A DNA stretch of 64,000 bases from assembly GCA_965223335.1 (NCBI GenBank), contig OZ244991.1, positions 2,272,001 to 2,336,000 of the forward strand. The letters are read 5' to 3'. Made by a program: the position numbers and the translations under genes. Positions 1 to 10,667 of this stretch are shown here, one piece after another. This stretch comes from Thermodesulfobacteriota bacterium. GTDB taxonomy: Bacteria > Desulfobacterota_D > UBA1144 > Nemesobacterales > UBA2774. Position 1 is the stretch's first letter. The number at the start of each line of letters is the position of its first letter. The notes under the pieces were generated by a model. That model saw nothing but the letters and a program-made list of their open reading frames with translations. It did no database searches and was not told the origin of the DNA.

Positions 1-108
1 TGTGTATGTTATTTGATGAGTAAAAATTATGAGAGTCGTCATATACTATTATCATTATATCGCCCCCATTTGTATATCGTTAAGCTCCATTTATTTTAAA
101 CGTAAACA

Positions 109-351
109 TTAAACTTTATCATTCATACTATATGTAGCATCAACAATATTACTAGACTGTATATAATAGATTGGTTGACCAGATTCGTTCACTTCATTAC
201 TCTTGACGATTTTACTGACTACGATTTTGACTTTTATCTTTGTTCCGTTCTCTAATTGATATTCGCTCCAGTCTTCATTGATAGCTTTAAAGTTAATTAT
301 CTCACCCTCAATAGTGTTACCACTAACATTAAATTGTATTTTCTCACCCAT
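109..351 (-). CDS. Hypothetical 80-aa protein (AT-rich accessory gene)
   Basis: Clean ORF with ATG and upstream AGGT; predicted beta-rich; family not identified. Confidence 0.7.
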   Translation of the reverse strand: MGEKIQFNVSGNTIEGEIINFKAINEDWSEYQLENGTKIKVKIVVSKIVKSNEVNESGQPIYYIQSSNIVDATYSMNDKV

Positions 352-450
352 TTAATCTTACCTATTCAATTTAGGTGTATGTTAAATTGTTACAACATAT
401 AGGATAGCAAGTCAACTGCTTAACAACATAGCAAATATTAATGTTCTAAA

Positions 451-630
451 TTACCTCGAAGCCCCATTGCGCTTGCTCAGCTTCTCAGACCCGTTGGTCT
501 TTTGCTTCGGCTCGGCTGCCTTTTTAAGCTCCTCCAACTCCGCCTGCTGCTTAGGCGACTTCCCATCGCGATACATAGCCTTGCGCATGGCCTCGTTGAC
601 CTTTTTGCGCGACTGCTCCTTCCAACCCAT
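451..630 (-). CDS. Small basic 59-aa phage protein (MGWKEQSRKKVNEAMRKAMYRDGK...), absent from the ORF track
   Basis: Hand translation: ATG at 630, TAA at 453-451; starts 9 nt after the stop of 640..1434; codon usage like neighbouring late genes. Confidence 0.7.
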   Translation of the reverse strand: MGWKEQSRKKVNEAMRKAMYRDGKSPKQQAELEELKKAAEPKQKTNGSEKLSKRNGASR

Positions 631-639
631 ACCTAAATC

Positions 640-1434
640 CTACACCACAACCTCGAAAAGTACAGTACCAAACTCGGCCGTACTCACCGCCGGCGTGTTA
701 AGCGACGCCCTCAGCTCCCCAGTCTTTTTGACGATATACGCCTGCCAACTCTGACCCAGGTTCATGTCCAGGTACATGGTCTTGGTACTATCCCTAAGCA
801 GGTCCCCGATCTCCTGCACACGCGGGCCCTTCAGGTTCTGATACACCGTCGAGCGCAGCGTAAACGATATTATCATGGGCTGCATATTACCCAACCGTAT
901 CTTCTCACTTTTCCCCGTAGGGAATTGATTTATCACCACCCCGGTCTCGGGGATAGCCACGTCAAACGGATACTCCACCGTGGTCTCCGCATCCAGTTCC
1001 ACAACGCTCTCGGGCAGCGCAACCGTCCCCACGCGAAAGTACCCCGCCCCGTCCACCGTACTCTGCACCGGTATCAACAGGCCCAGGTACTGCTTACCCG
1101 TAAGCGTTATCTCGTCCCGCCGCCTATACACCCCGTGCATCGGGTCAGGCTCTACTGTAAGCACAGAGGTCACGTCCGCCCACCCTGTGGACCCGTCTGC
1201 ACTCTCCTGATACTTCATCTGCGTAAAATTAACCCAGTCCACATAGCATGTGAGGTCCGTAGCGGTTGCACCCAGGTCTATAACCAGCCTCGACTCAGCA
1301 GTATCAGTCGTCCTCCACGCCCTCTGCGGACTATCTATGTTAATTGCGTTTTCCTTCGGAAACTGCACCGCCTCTGTTGTAGCCGAAGTCACCGTAACCT
1401 GCCTAAATGAATTGCTAATTTTCCTATTCGCCAT
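640..1434 (-). CDS. Putative distal tail (Dit-like) or minor tail protein
   Basis: First large co-oriented gene downstream of a full-length TMP; beta-rich 264 aa. Confidence 0.6.
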   Translation of the reverse strand: MANRKISNSFRQVTVTSATTEAVQFPKENAINIDSPQRAWRTTDTAESRLVIDLGATATDLTCYVDWVNFTQMKYQESADGSTGWADVTSVLTVEPDPMHGVYRRRDEITLTGKQYLGLLIPVQSTVDGAGYFRVGTVALPESVVELDAETTVEYPFDVAIPETGVVINQFPTGKSEKIRLGNMQPMIISFTLRSTVYQNLKGPRVQEIGDLLRDSTKTMYLDMNLGQSWQAYIVKKTGELRASLNTPAVSTAEFGTVLFEVVV

Positions 1435-1467
1435 AAGTTTCTCTTATTGTTGATATATTATTTCCAT

Positions 1468-1575
1468 TCATCCCATCAACAGACTCAGCAAAAACACCAA
1501 ACCTACAAAACACAGTGTCAAAACGCACAGATCCACAAATATCCTCAAAATATCCCAGATCATATCAAACTCCAT
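1468..1575 (-). CDS. Possible 35-aa single-TM peptide (MEFDMIWDILRIFVDLCVLTLCFVGLVFLLSLLMG)
   Basis: Hand translation; strongly hydrophobic; TAAACT 7 nt before ATG; no SD. Confidence 0.3.
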   Translation of the reverse strand: MEFDMIWDILRIFVDLCVLTLCFVGLVFLLSLLMG

Positions 1576-1864
1576 GTTTTGTAGTTTAGATTTTTCAGTA
1601 GCTCTACCACTACTCCCTTACGGTGCTCTCCACGCCGCAACTATCCTGTAGATATATTACTTAGGCATATATATAGGCAATAATATATATACCTCACCCA
1701 TGCGTTTAATATAAACCAGTGCCATCGTTCCCACAAGGGGCAAATATGTTTTTACAAAAAAAGTCGCATATTGCACGCAGTGTGTGTTTTCATAACATAA
1801 TCTCAAGGGGGACTGTCCCGCCTTACCTTGTGGACTGTCCCCGTACTCGCGGTGTAAGATGTGT

Positions 1865-2232
1865 CTGGGTCCCCAGCCCCCCTACGACCCCATTTATACC
1901 CTGTCGGTCGCTCAACCTCCCTCTGCCCCAACCTATTCGGACCTACGGTCGTGGTACTACTACTCCCTATCGGCCCCCACCTTGCGGCCCCCATTGGCAC
2001 TAAAGTTTCGGCACTCCCTTTTGCCTGGGTCCCCAGCCCCCCTACAACCCCATTTATACCCTGTCGGTCGCTCAACCTCCCTCTGCCCCAACCTATTCTG
2101 ACCTACGGTCGTGGTACTACTACTCCCTATCGGCCCCCACCTTGCGGTCCCCATTGGCGCTAAAGTTTCGGCACTCCCTTTTGCCTGGGGTCGCTAGACC
2201 CCCTACAACCCCATTTATACCCTATCGGTCGC
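1865..2232. repeat. Tandem repeat, 160-bp period, about 2.3 copies
   Basis: Units start at 1865, 2025, 2185 and differ by few substitutions; sub-motifs recur near 57911, 58439 and 62801. Confidence 0.95.
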
Positions 2233-2281
2233 AAAAGACCGCTCCCTTACGGTCCCCATTTCATGTTATAATAAATTAATT

Positions 2282-2698
2282 ATGGATATTGGCGACACAC
2301 GCGAGTACCTGATGTTCCTCCAGGTGGTCGACCCGGCCATAAAAGACGTCTCTATGGCCTACAGACTCACGCCGGGTTTCGAATCCTCCTACACCGACGA
2401 CCCTCTCAATCCCGACCCACGGGCCACCGAAAAGGTCACCATTGTCGAGGTAGGCCACGACTACAACATCCTCCAGCGCGCCATCTGGGTGCTCGACAAG
2501 CGCAAGAAAAAGCACAAAACCCACGTGCTCTACCTCCGCTGCAAGGTCCAGACGGGCTGGCTCGTGGTCATCGAGCCCGAAGAGCTCGAGTACTACCACA
2601 TGGAGCTAAGCGCGGTGGAGTTCGACGTCCTTCGCGACGTCCTGTTCGAGTTCCTACCCGAGCTCCCCGACACCGCTAATTTAAGGTTCTCTTACTAG
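2282..2698 (+). CDS. Hypothetical 138-aa moron protein
   Basis: Strong C-ending codon bias; extended -10 TGTTATAAT at 2264-2272; 3' end overlaps TMP-A by 23 nt. Confidence 0.75.
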   Translation: MDIGDTREYLMFLQVVDPAIKDVSMAYRLTPGFESSYTDDPLNPDPRATEKVTIVEVGHDYNILQRAIWVLDKRKKKHKTHVLYLRCKVQTGWLVVIEPEELEYYHMELSAVEFDVLRDVLFEFLPELPDTANLRFSY

Positions 2699-5600
2699 CT
2701 TTCTGTATCGCCCCTCTTATCTTCCCGCCTTTGTTTATGCTCCTTACGATCGCGTCCTCGATGCTTGCCGGCAGCGCCGCCACCGCAGCACTCGACCCAC
2801 CGTTCACATTCACATTGATGTTTATCTCTCCCCCGATCATACTCTCCTGCTGCCTCGGAGTCGCCACCAGCTCACCGAGCTTGGTCGCCTGCACCAGGTT
2901 CCTATGCAACATCGACTGATGCCCCTGATTAAGTATCAGCTCTTTCGGATGCAGTCTGGCCAGCCCCCCAGTCTCGGTATACCCACCGGTCATAAATTGC
3001 GGGATGTTTGTAAGCGCCCCCTTAATATCCTTAAGCACCGTCAGCTGCTCCTGATCGATCTGCACTATATCCCGGTTAAAGTCCGCTATCAGCTGCAGCC
3101 CCTCTATCTCGGTCCTTATACCCTCGGCCTCAAGCTCTTCCAGCTGTGCGAGCCTTTCCTCAAGTATCGCAATGGCTTCGTTGCGCATAAATTCAAACAG
3201 CTCCTGCACCCTCTCAGAAGCCTGGAACGTAGCCTGTACGTTCTGCGATCCTATTGCCGAGAGCCTATCCTGCAGGGCCTCTATACGCAGGTCGATGCTC
3301 TCGAGCATCACGTTTCGTTCGGCGTTTAGCCTCTCTATCTCGGCGTTTATCTCCTCCACCGAACGGCTTGCGTTCTCTGTAAACTCTGCAAGCGAGCTCA
3401 ACCCACCCGTAACCTGCTCAAATATCGCTACAAACTCGGGGCTGTTTACCCCAAAGGCGTCCCCTGCCAGGTCAAACAGTGTTTTAAATGCGTCCTCCAT
3501 CCTGCGTGCTATCTCTATCTGTCGCTCTGGGTCGTTCACCACCGCAAGCTCCTGCTGCAGTCCCACCAGCTCCCCCTGCAGCATGTTTATCTGCTCTACC
3601 GTTGTAAACACACTCTCTGCACTAAACACTATGCTCCGTAATGTTTCCCGGATACTCTCTGTCAGGCTCGCAAATTCCTCTGCAAGTCTCAGCTCCTCTT
3701 GCAGGGCCTCTATCCTTGTATCGAAGTTCTCTTCTATTAGGTCTTTCTCGCGCTCGAGTCCCGCTATCTGGCTCTCTATCCCCCTGCGTTGCGCTTGTGC
3801 TCTTGCCTCTGCTGCTGCCTGTGCAGCGGCCTGCTCCGCCTGCAACAGCCCCGTTGCCAGCGAGTTTAATTGTCCCAGCAGGCCCTCACGTTCCGATAGC
3901 GACAGACCCCCGCCCTCAAGGGCACCCTGTATCGAGTCTATGGCCTGGTTCATGTACCCCGTGGTGTCCACGGCCGTCCCACCAATGCTCACGATAGTAC
4001 TGTTCAGCTGGTCCACCACGCCTATTATGTTTATTACCGAGTCCACTATCTCTGTGCGCAGTGCGATTATGGCGTTACGAAGCTCCACAAAGTCCTGCAC
4101 GGTGCTTGCATCCAGCTCAACATTATTCAGCAGTTCCCTAAGCTTCGCATTAAACTCTTCAACCGACGGCACACCCTCAAACCCAAGCGTATCTGCAAGG
4201 CTCTTTACACTGTTTATGGCTGCTGTAATACTGTCCCCTGCGTTACCCTCTATGATGTTAAACGCATCTACAAATGCGCTAAAGTCTTCTAAGAGCTGCT
4301 GCCCTACCGCTGCCCGCTCCTCTCTACTGCTTGTGTTCTTAAAATCTTCTAATCTGCCCGCCAAAAACTCGCTTGCCGCCTCCGGCAATACACCCAACGA
4401 CTCAAATGCACCCTGCAAAAAGTCGTCTATTGCAAACAGGAATTTCGCTTGTAGCTCCCCGTTTATAAACTGCTCAAATTTTTTCTTGATCTCTTTCCCT
4501 TTAGCGTCAAATTCCAGGAACCTTTCACCCTTTATCACCGTGTCTATATCAAGCTGCGTGTTCGACAACTGTTCCCTAAGCGTTTCGGCCAATTCAGACG
4601 GCAGCCTGTTTATAATCTCAAGCACGTTGTCCGCAGCCTGCTGCAGTGTCTCCTGCAGTAACTCTTTTATCTTCTCATCCCCGCCTACGCCCAGTCCCGC
4701 CTTTCTCTTCACCGATATCTGTGCAATCTCATCTAAAAAGAAATCCTCATCCAATAGCTCTTTTACAAACGCCGCTCTGCGCCCCGCCTCTGTCTTTATC
4801 GAGTCAAAGTCCAGGTCGAGCCTCGGCTTTTTCTTAAGGAAACCTTTTATGAGACTAACCAGCGGTAGAGCCACCGATACTATTGCCCCCACCACTGGTA
4901 TCGCACTCGAAATAAAGGTCCCGATCCCCGCAAATGCCTTTCCCAATCCTGCCAATGCTCCTCCCGTGCCAAACAACCCCTTTACCGAGTCTATTATCCC
5001 GCTTACCCCGGGTATCTTGCTAAGCCCGCTTCCAATGGTCTTAAACCCCTGTCCTATGTCGAATAACCCTGCCAGGCCTTTAGCCCCGCCACCCCCTTGG
5101 GCTCCTGCTCCACCCCCCTGCACCTTGGGTTGCAACAGGTAGATTATCGGTTTCGATGCGATTGCCGCCACCAAGTCCGAGAACGACTTAAGGATTGAGT
5201 CCATAGTCGCATCCCAGAAATCACTCAAGCTGTCAAAGTTGCCTTTCAAGGTTTCGAATATCAGGTCGCCAAAGTTCTGGCTTATGTTCGCTACCACATT
5301 CGCCGCATACACCCCAAATTCATCAAGTATTCCCTTAGCCTCTTCAGTGCTCTTTTTAACATCTTCAGGAACCTGATCACTATCGTTCCCACTAGATATA
5401 GCGTATTCGAAAAAGAGCCCATCAAAGCCCTGCTCTTTTAACCTTTTATTTATCTCTTCTAATTTTCGTGCAGCCTCTTCCAGTTCCTCACGTGTCCATT
5501 CCCTAGTAGCTTTAGCGGCCTCGTTAATAGCATCTTCATTATCCTTCAGCTCACCCGTATTCTGCGCTACGTATTCTGTTAAGTTTTGTAACGTTACCCC

Positions 5601-6740
5601 TGCATCTTTAGTAGTTTGTGCAGCTACACCGTAGGTTTTAGCTACATTTTCTACTGTATTATTTAATTCTTTGTAATTAATTGTTGTGTCTTTTATAACC
5701 TTCAAGCCAGCCGGAAAATTATTCCCAATGCTTGTAAGCATTGTTTCAACATTCTCAAGCTGCTCTTCGACTGCTTCACCCTGTTTGTTGAAATCTTTAA
5801 TTGAGTTTATTGCTCCCTCTGTATCAATGTCTAACTTCTTTTCTATACCTCTGTTTTTACCTTCCCGATTTTCAAAATCTTTTATTTGTTGAACTGCACC
5901 TTCCTTATCAATTGTTATTTTCTTCTCAACTGGTATTTTGATTGGGTCAATATCATTAAATATCTGAAGGAGATCATTTAAATCAAGTTCTTTAGATACT
6001 TCTTCGTTGAGATTCTTAAATTGTTCTAATGGAAAAATATCTTCTATTGGTAGAACATAATTTTTAAGATCTTCTTTGTATCTATTTAGTGCTTCTATGC
6101 TTGCAGTTGGATCAATTAATTCTTGTATTTCTTTTTTCTTTGTTTCGATAGATTGTTTTAATTTCTCAATTTCTTCTGTATTTTTGTTGATCTCAAACTG
6201 AAGTGGATCGCTCCTCAGCACACGATCTTCTTTTATTATTTCAGGCGTTACTTGTATGTGCTTTAGTTGTTCTATACTTTCGTTTAGCAGTTTAATATTA
6301 TTTTCTATTGCTTTAATTTGTTCATCTGTAAGATTCTTGATACCTTTTCTACCTGCTTCTAATGATCTCTCAAGGTAATGTTTTATAATCTCAAATAAAA
6401 ATATTTGGAAATCGGCACCTATATTAGATCTAAACATATTACCAATCATGACATCTAATTGTTCAAGCCAGGCTCCAATTTCTAATGTTACTAAATCAAC
6501 TACATCCCTAATATAATTTTTTCTTCTTTGTATCCGTAAGGACTTATTGCGATTTTCAAGTTGTTCTATGTTTGAATTTATAGATTCTATATCGGATTCA
6601 ATACTTTTAACTTTGATTTGAATTTCGCGTTGGTCTAAATCTACAATGGATTTTTCTGTTACCTCTATCTTCTTATTAGCATCATCAAGAGCTCTATCAT
6701 CAACTTCAAATGCAAGTTGGTATGTTGATTTATAATTCAT
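2676..6740 (-). CDS. Tape measure protein, full-length copy A (1354 aa)
   Basis: Long helical/coiled-coil protein with Gly-rich hydrophobic segment and C-terminal F-x-x-GG...ARLH-x-x-E motif typical of TMPs; upstream of Dit-like gene. Confidence 0.9.
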   Translation of the reverse strand: MNYKSTYQLAFEVDDRALDDANKKIEVTEKSIVDLDQREIQIKVKSIESDIESINSNIEQLENRNKSLRIQRRKNYIRDVVDLVTLEIGAWLEQLDVMIGNMFRSNIGADFQIFLFEIIKHYLERSLEAGRKGIKNLTDEQIKAIENNIKLLNESIEQLKHIQVTPEIIKEDRVLRSDPLQFEINKNTEEIEKLKQSIETKKKEIQELIDPTASIEALNRYKEDLKNYVLPIEDIFPLEQFKNLNEEVSKELDLNDLLQIFNDIDPIKIPVEKKITIDKEGAVQQIKDFENREGKNRGIEKKLDIDTEGAINSIKDFNKQGEAVEEQLENVETMLTSIGNNFPAGLKVIKDTTINYKELNNTVENVAKTYGVAAQTTKDAGVTLQNLTEYVAQNTGELKDNEDAINEAAKATREWTREELEEAARKLEEINKRLKEQGFDGLFFEYAISSGNDSDQVPEDVKKSTEEAKGILDEFGVYAANVVANISQNFGDLIFETLKGNFDSLSDFWDATMDSILKSFSDLVAAIASKPIIYLLQPKVQGGGAGAQGGGGAKGLAGLFDIGQGFKTIGSGLSKIPGVSGIIDSVKGLFGTGGALAGLGKAFAGIGTFISSAIPVVGAIVSVALPLVSLIKGFLKKKPRLDLDFDSIKTEAGRRAAFVKELLDEDFFLDEIAQISVKRKAGLGVGGDEKIKELLQETLQQAADNVLEIINRLPSELAETLREQLSNTQLDIDTVIKGERFLEFDAKGKEIKKKFEQFINGELQAKFLFAIDDFLQGAFESLGVLPEAASEFLAGRLEDFKNTSSREERAAVGQQLLEDFSAFVDAFNIIEGNAGDSITAAINSVKSLADTLGFEGVPSVEEFNAKLRELLNNVELDASTVQDFVELRNAIIALRTEIVDSVINIIGVVDQLNSTIVSIGGTAVDTTGYMNQAIDSIQGALEGGGLSLSEREGLLGQLNSLATGLLQAEQAAAQAAAEARAQAQRRGIESQIAGLEREKDLIEENFDTRIEALQEELRLAEEFASLTESIRETLRSIVFSAESVFTTVEQINMLQGELVGLQQELAVVNDPERQIEIARRMEDAFKTLFDLAGDAFGVNSPEFVAIFEQVTGGLSSLAEFTENASRSVEEINAEIERLNAERNVMLESIDLRIEALQDRLSAIGSQNVQATFQASERVQELFEFMRNEAIAILEERLAQLEELEAEGIRTEIEGLQLIADFNRDIVQIDQEQLTVLKDIKGALTNIPQFMTGGYTETGGLARLHPKELILNQGHQSMLHRNLVQATKLGELVATPRQQESMIGGEININVNVNGGSSAAVAALPASIEDAIVRSINKGGKIRGAIQKASKRTLN

Positions 6741-6909
6741 GTTTTAGTTACGAGGTGTCACATTCAGCTATTATACGTTGTAATGTGCTCTCTACTCCTT
6801 GAAGTGATAAATTTATTGTTTGTGATATATGCTTGTTAACTTCAATTCTTAGACTAGTTAACTATTATGCGATATAGATTTTTGACTATTAATTATTTAT
6901 AATAAAGGT

Positions 6910-7236
6910 ATGCAGTATGTATGTCAGAAATGTTATTACAAAGGCAAACCAAAATATTCACACTTAAACAACTATCGCATACCAATAGGTGGTTTTTTTA
7001 TTGGATTTGGTATCTATATGGTTTCCCATTTGAGTAATTCATCTTTTGCTAATTCATATCCATTCATTTTTTACATATTATTTTGTTTTCCATTCGTTCT
7101 ACTCGGAGCATTCTTAATTTATAATTATCAGGATAATAACAGCGACTTGTGTCCAAAATGTTCCTATGGACATATGCTTCTGTTGAATACCGTAAAAGCA
7201 AATAAATTTATTCAAACAAACAACATAAAAATTTAG
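6910..7236 (+). CDS. CxxC-2TM-CxxC (Zn-ribbon, LITAF-like topology) membrane protein, single domain
   Basis: CQKC, two hydrophobic helices, CPKC. Confidence 0.85.
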   Translation: MQYVCQKCYYKGKPKYSHLNNYRIPIGGFFIGFGIYMVSHLSNSSFANSYPFIFYILFCFPFVLLGAFLIYNYQDNNSDLCPKCSYGHMLLLNTVKANKFIQTNNIKI

Positions 7237-7258
7237 AAATTCTTAATATTGAGAACCT

Positions 7259-7630
7259 ATGCAGAAAATATGTATAAATTGTAATTATATTGGTAAAGAA
7301 ACATACAAGTACTCTTTTCTTATAATCCCAGGTATCTTGACATACCTTGGTCTGCAATTTGTGAAAGTATTCATGCTGGTATCACTTTTTAAAGTTTTAG
7401 GTGGAATAGTTTTTATTGCGATTGGTCTATATTCATTGATAATATTTGTAAGAAATAAAGAACAGTGTCCAAACTGCAACGGTTTCAGGACTATGATTCC
7501 CGTTGATACCCCTCATGCCAAGCGAATAATTGAAAAACATAATCTTACTATCCCAGATCAACTAGAAAGCAATCATGTAACTAGTCATACTCAAACAAGT
7601 TCTTCATCCCCCTTCCAATCCCCAAAATAG
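7259..7630 (+). CDS. CxxC-2TM-CxxC membrane protein, single domain, SPFQSPK tail
   Basis: CINC...CPNC, then MIPVDTP. Confidence 0.85.
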   Translation: MQKICINCNYIGKETYKYSFLIIPGILTYLGLQFVKVFMLVSLFKVLGGIVFIAIGLYSLIIFVRNKEQCPNCNGFRTMIPVDTPHAKRIIEKHNLTIPDQLESNHVTSHTQTSSSSPFQSPK

Positions 7631-7635
7631 CTGTT

Positions 7636-9789
7636 CTATCCACACCCTATCCCCATACTCTCATCCATTGCCTTATCCATGCTCTCTAACCTCTTCCCAT
7701 CATACACTTCATTGACTTCATCCACATTCCCTAACCCCCACGACCCCAATTTATCCCCTCCCTGTCGCTCATAAACTACATTTGCTTGCGGCCCCCACAT
7801 CTCTTCCCATGTAATATCTACAATCTCATCACTATAATCCATCTTTACAGCCTTAAGCCCGCTTCCAATGGTCTTAAACCCCTGTCCTATATCGAACAAC
7901 CCTGCCAGGCCTTTGGCCCCGCCACCCCCTTGGGCTCCGGCTCCACCACCCTGCACCTTGGGCTGCAACAGGTAAATGATCGGTTTTGAAGCAATTGCGG
8001 CCACCAGGTCCGAGAACGACTTTAGAATGGAGTCCATAGTCGCATCCCAGAAATCACTCAAGCTGTCAAAGTTACCCTTTAAGGTCTCGAATATCAGGTC
8101 GCCAAAGTTCTGGCTTATGTTCGCTACCACATTCGCCGCATACACCCCAAACTCGTTTAAACTATTTTTTGCTTGGCTTGTATCTTCATTAATCTTTTCC
8201 GCTACATCAGTGTTAACTTCAATATCTATGACACCCCCACCCGGAATTTCGTCATTAAGTAGTTCTCTTATCCTCTCCCGTAATTTTTCAAGTTCCTTCC
8301 TCGATAGATTTAATCCAAGAATTGCAAAATCTTGAGTTGACTTATTTGCTTCTAGCGTCAAATCGATATATTGTTCAATTAATCTTAGGTACTTAAGCAT
8401 ATCTTCATTTAATTCTTCGATATTTTCTTCCACATCCTCAGTACTAGCACCTACTAAATCCATACTTGTTGTAAAAGATGTTGAATTTTCTTCTGCAATT
8501 TTTTTGATTGTTTCAAATCCTCTATGCTGTTCTTCTGGGCCAATGAAAGGTATCAGTCCTTTAAAGTTAATACCCTTTAATTTATTAAAAACAGTTTCTG
8601 CTCCACTTCCAATCTTTCCTAATGCTGTACCTATTTTATTCACAGAGCTCTCTAATATTGGTACTATTTCTTCCTCCCAGACTATCTCAGAGTTTAATTT
8701 AATCGCTTCCCAATTATCTATAATTGTAAGTACACCGGCTGCAATTCCTGATAGACTGGCACCTACTAAAGTGAATTTCCCAATTGGCGAGGTAGCAAGC
8801 AATCTCAATCCATGCAACAAAGTACTAAGCCCTATACTTATATTCTTAGTTTTAGATACGAATTCTGCGACACTTTTTGTAACTTTATTGTTTGCTAATA
8901 TAGCTCCAAATTTTCTTATACTTTCAGTGATTTTTGAGAAGTCTACATTCGCGAGTTGATCTAATTTTATTTTGCCAGCTTCCTTAAGAGATCTGAGACC
9001 TTGTATCAGCTTGCCCCATTCTGCACGTGCACCTTCACCAATTGCTTTAAAGAAGTCTCTTACTCTATCGACTCCAGCTTTTGAGAAATCTCTCACCGTG
9101 CCTGCAAATTCTTTTAATCTATCAAACCCTCTTGATCCAAATTCTTTTGCCCGCCCGAGAAAATTTACAATATTATCGTATTGTGCCTTTCCACCTTCTT
9201 TTAGTGATCTGAGAAAGTCTTTAAAATTATAATAGTTAATCGAAACAAGATCCTTTATATCACTCCCGAGGCGTTTAAACACACCACCAACCCCTTGTTT
9301 CTCAAAAATATTACGAATGGTTTTAATATAATTTTCTGCAAATACCCTTGTGACTTCTAATGTTGTGCGCGTATGTTGTATTAATTCTCTATTTTTAAAG
9401 AAACCCAGCAACACATCATCTAATGCACCAAATGCTATTTCTAGAACTTCAGTTACTTCTGCAAAAGATATCCCTATTATTGGGCCTATAATTGATAATT
9501 CTTCAGCCTTCTCAATCAAATTATCTATAAACTCACTAAATGTACTTATAGTTTTTTCTTGATCTAGTCCAAACGTCTCAAATTCGTCCCTATTTCCAGC
9601 ACCTTTTGTTGTTAATTCCTGCAGTTTCTTATTGGTGGTGTCTATCTCTCCATTAAATTGTTCAAAAGTACTTCGACTCTTTTCTGCGACTTTTTCAATA
9701 TCATCCCCGGCTTTCTCAGTTTCATCCTTCAATTGTTCAAGAGCTTTGGTATCAGTTACAACCTTGAGAGTCAAATTTGTTATTTCCAT
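7636..9789 (-). CDS. Truncated TMP paralog B (717 aa) with unique N-terminus and acidic tail
   Basis: Shares EFGVYAANVVANISQNFG...FKTIGSGL with A, then switches to KMDYSDEIVDITWEEM tail. Confidence 0.85.
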   Translation of the reverse strand: MEITNLTLKVVTDTKALEQLKDETEKAGDDIEKVAEKSRSTFEQFNGEIDTTNKKLQELTTKGAGNRDEFETFGLDQEKTISTFSEFIDNLIEKAEELSIIGPIIGISFAEVTEVLEIAFGALDDVLLGFFKNRELIQHTRTTLEVTRVFAENYIKTIRNIFEKQGVGGVFKRLGSDIKDLVSINYYNFKDFLRSLKEGGKAQYDNIVNFLGRAKEFGSRGFDRLKEFAGTVRDFSKAGVDRVRDFFKAIGEGARAEWGKLIQGLRSLKEAGKIKLDQLANVDFSKITESIRKFGAILANNKVTKSVAEFVSKTKNISIGLSTLLHGLRLLATSPIGKFTLVGASLSGIAAGVLTIIDNWEAIKLNSEIVWEEEIVPILESSVNKIGTALGKIGSGAETVFNKLKGINFKGLIPFIGPEEQHRGFETIKKIAEENSTSFTTSMDLVGASTEDVEENIEELNEDMLKYLRLIEQYIDLTLEANKSTQDFAILGLNLSRKELEKLRERIRELLNDEIPGGGVIDIEVNTDVAEKINEDTSQAKNSLNEFGVYAANVVANISQNFGDLIFETLKGNFDSLSDFWDATMDSILKSFSDLVAAIASKPIIYLLQPKVQGGGAGAQGGGGAKGLAGLFDIGQGFKTIGSGLKAVKMDYSDEIVDITWEEMWGPQANVVYERQGGDKLGSWGLGNVDEVNEVYDGKRLESMDKAMDESMGIGCG

Positions 9790-9802
9790 CTTTGTTCTCC
9801 AT

Positions 9803-9842
9803 AAAAAAAGCCGACAATTAAGCTATTTAATTGCCGGCTTTT
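9803..9842 (-). terminator. Intrinsic terminator immediately upstream of TMP-B
   Basis: Minus strand AAAAGCCGGCAATTAA-ATAGC-TTAATTGTCGGC-T7; the single mismatch is G-U only on the minus strand. Confidence 0.75.
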
Positions 9843-9882
9843 GCATCTAGAATTTTATTTTCTATATAGTTATTCTCTTTAT

Positions 9883-10656
9883 ATGTCCAAGCTCTGCACC
9901 AATTGCCACTACATTGGTAAGTCCAAATCTCAACTAGAGACTAATTTTGTATGGCTATATGTATCTTTTTTTGTTGGAATTGTTGTTACGGTACTAGCGT
10001 TACGGTTTCCCATTCTAGGCATTGGAACCATAATAGCTGTAGGTTCTATAATCTTCTATTTATGTGAGTATTTTGAAGGGTCATCTGCATGTCCTAAATG
10101 TGACCAGATAACTCTTTACCATACCTATACAAGGCTTGCTCAAGAAATTGGAAAAATAAATAATCTCAATCTAGAATCTTCCAATAGATTACTACAGCCT
10201 ATACATAGCTTATATGATCATTTTTATTTAATTAAACAAAAGATATGTATCAAATGCCATGAAGTTAGTGCAGATGATTATGAAAGAAATTCATTTCTTC
10301 ACCTTGGTTTATTGCTATGTTCGTTTGGAGTTTTATTGCTACCACTAGGTTATTTACACCCATTATTCTTGATTGGACCTTATTGTTATTTATTTTTAGG
10401 GATAATTTTATTCATACATGGTTTCGGTGATTCCACTACCTGTTCGAGATGCTCAAGTTCAACTTTGATACATTTAGATACACCAAGAGCTAAACTTATA
10501 TTAGACACTGGAAATAATAATTTTGTGCGCACACACCCTAAATTAAAATCTTATTTAATCGATAGTGATTTCAGTTACAGCCTTATAGTTACTGCATTAT
10601 TAATAAATACATACGTATTCTACCGACTCTACATCTACTTCAGCCATATCAATTAA
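9883..10656 (+). CDS. Double-domain CxxC-2TM-CxxC membrane protein (257 aa from ATG 9883)
   Basis: CTNC/CPKC and CIKC/CSRC; start moved from 9841 because it matches paralog length and has TATTCT 6 nt upstream. Confidence 0.85.
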   Translation: MSKLCTNCHYIGKSKSQLETNFVWLYVSFFVGIVVTVLALRFPILGIGTIIAVGSIIFYLCEYFEGSSACPKCDQITLYHTYTRLAQEIGKINNLNLESSNRLLQPIHSLYDHFYLIKQKICIKCHEVSADDYERNSFLHLGLLLCSFGVLLLPLGYLHPLFLIGPYCYLFLGIILFIHGFGDSTTCSRCSSSTLIHLDTPRAKLILDTGNNNFVRTHPKLKSYLIDSDFSYSLIVTALLINTYVFYRLYIYFSHIN

Positions 10657-10667
10657 TTGGATATAAC

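Noticed and set aside
1719..2163. ORFs in the tandem repeat, and ORFs at 51089, 58185, 63207, 63374
   Set aside because: They lie in non-coding repeat elements and have no coding signals
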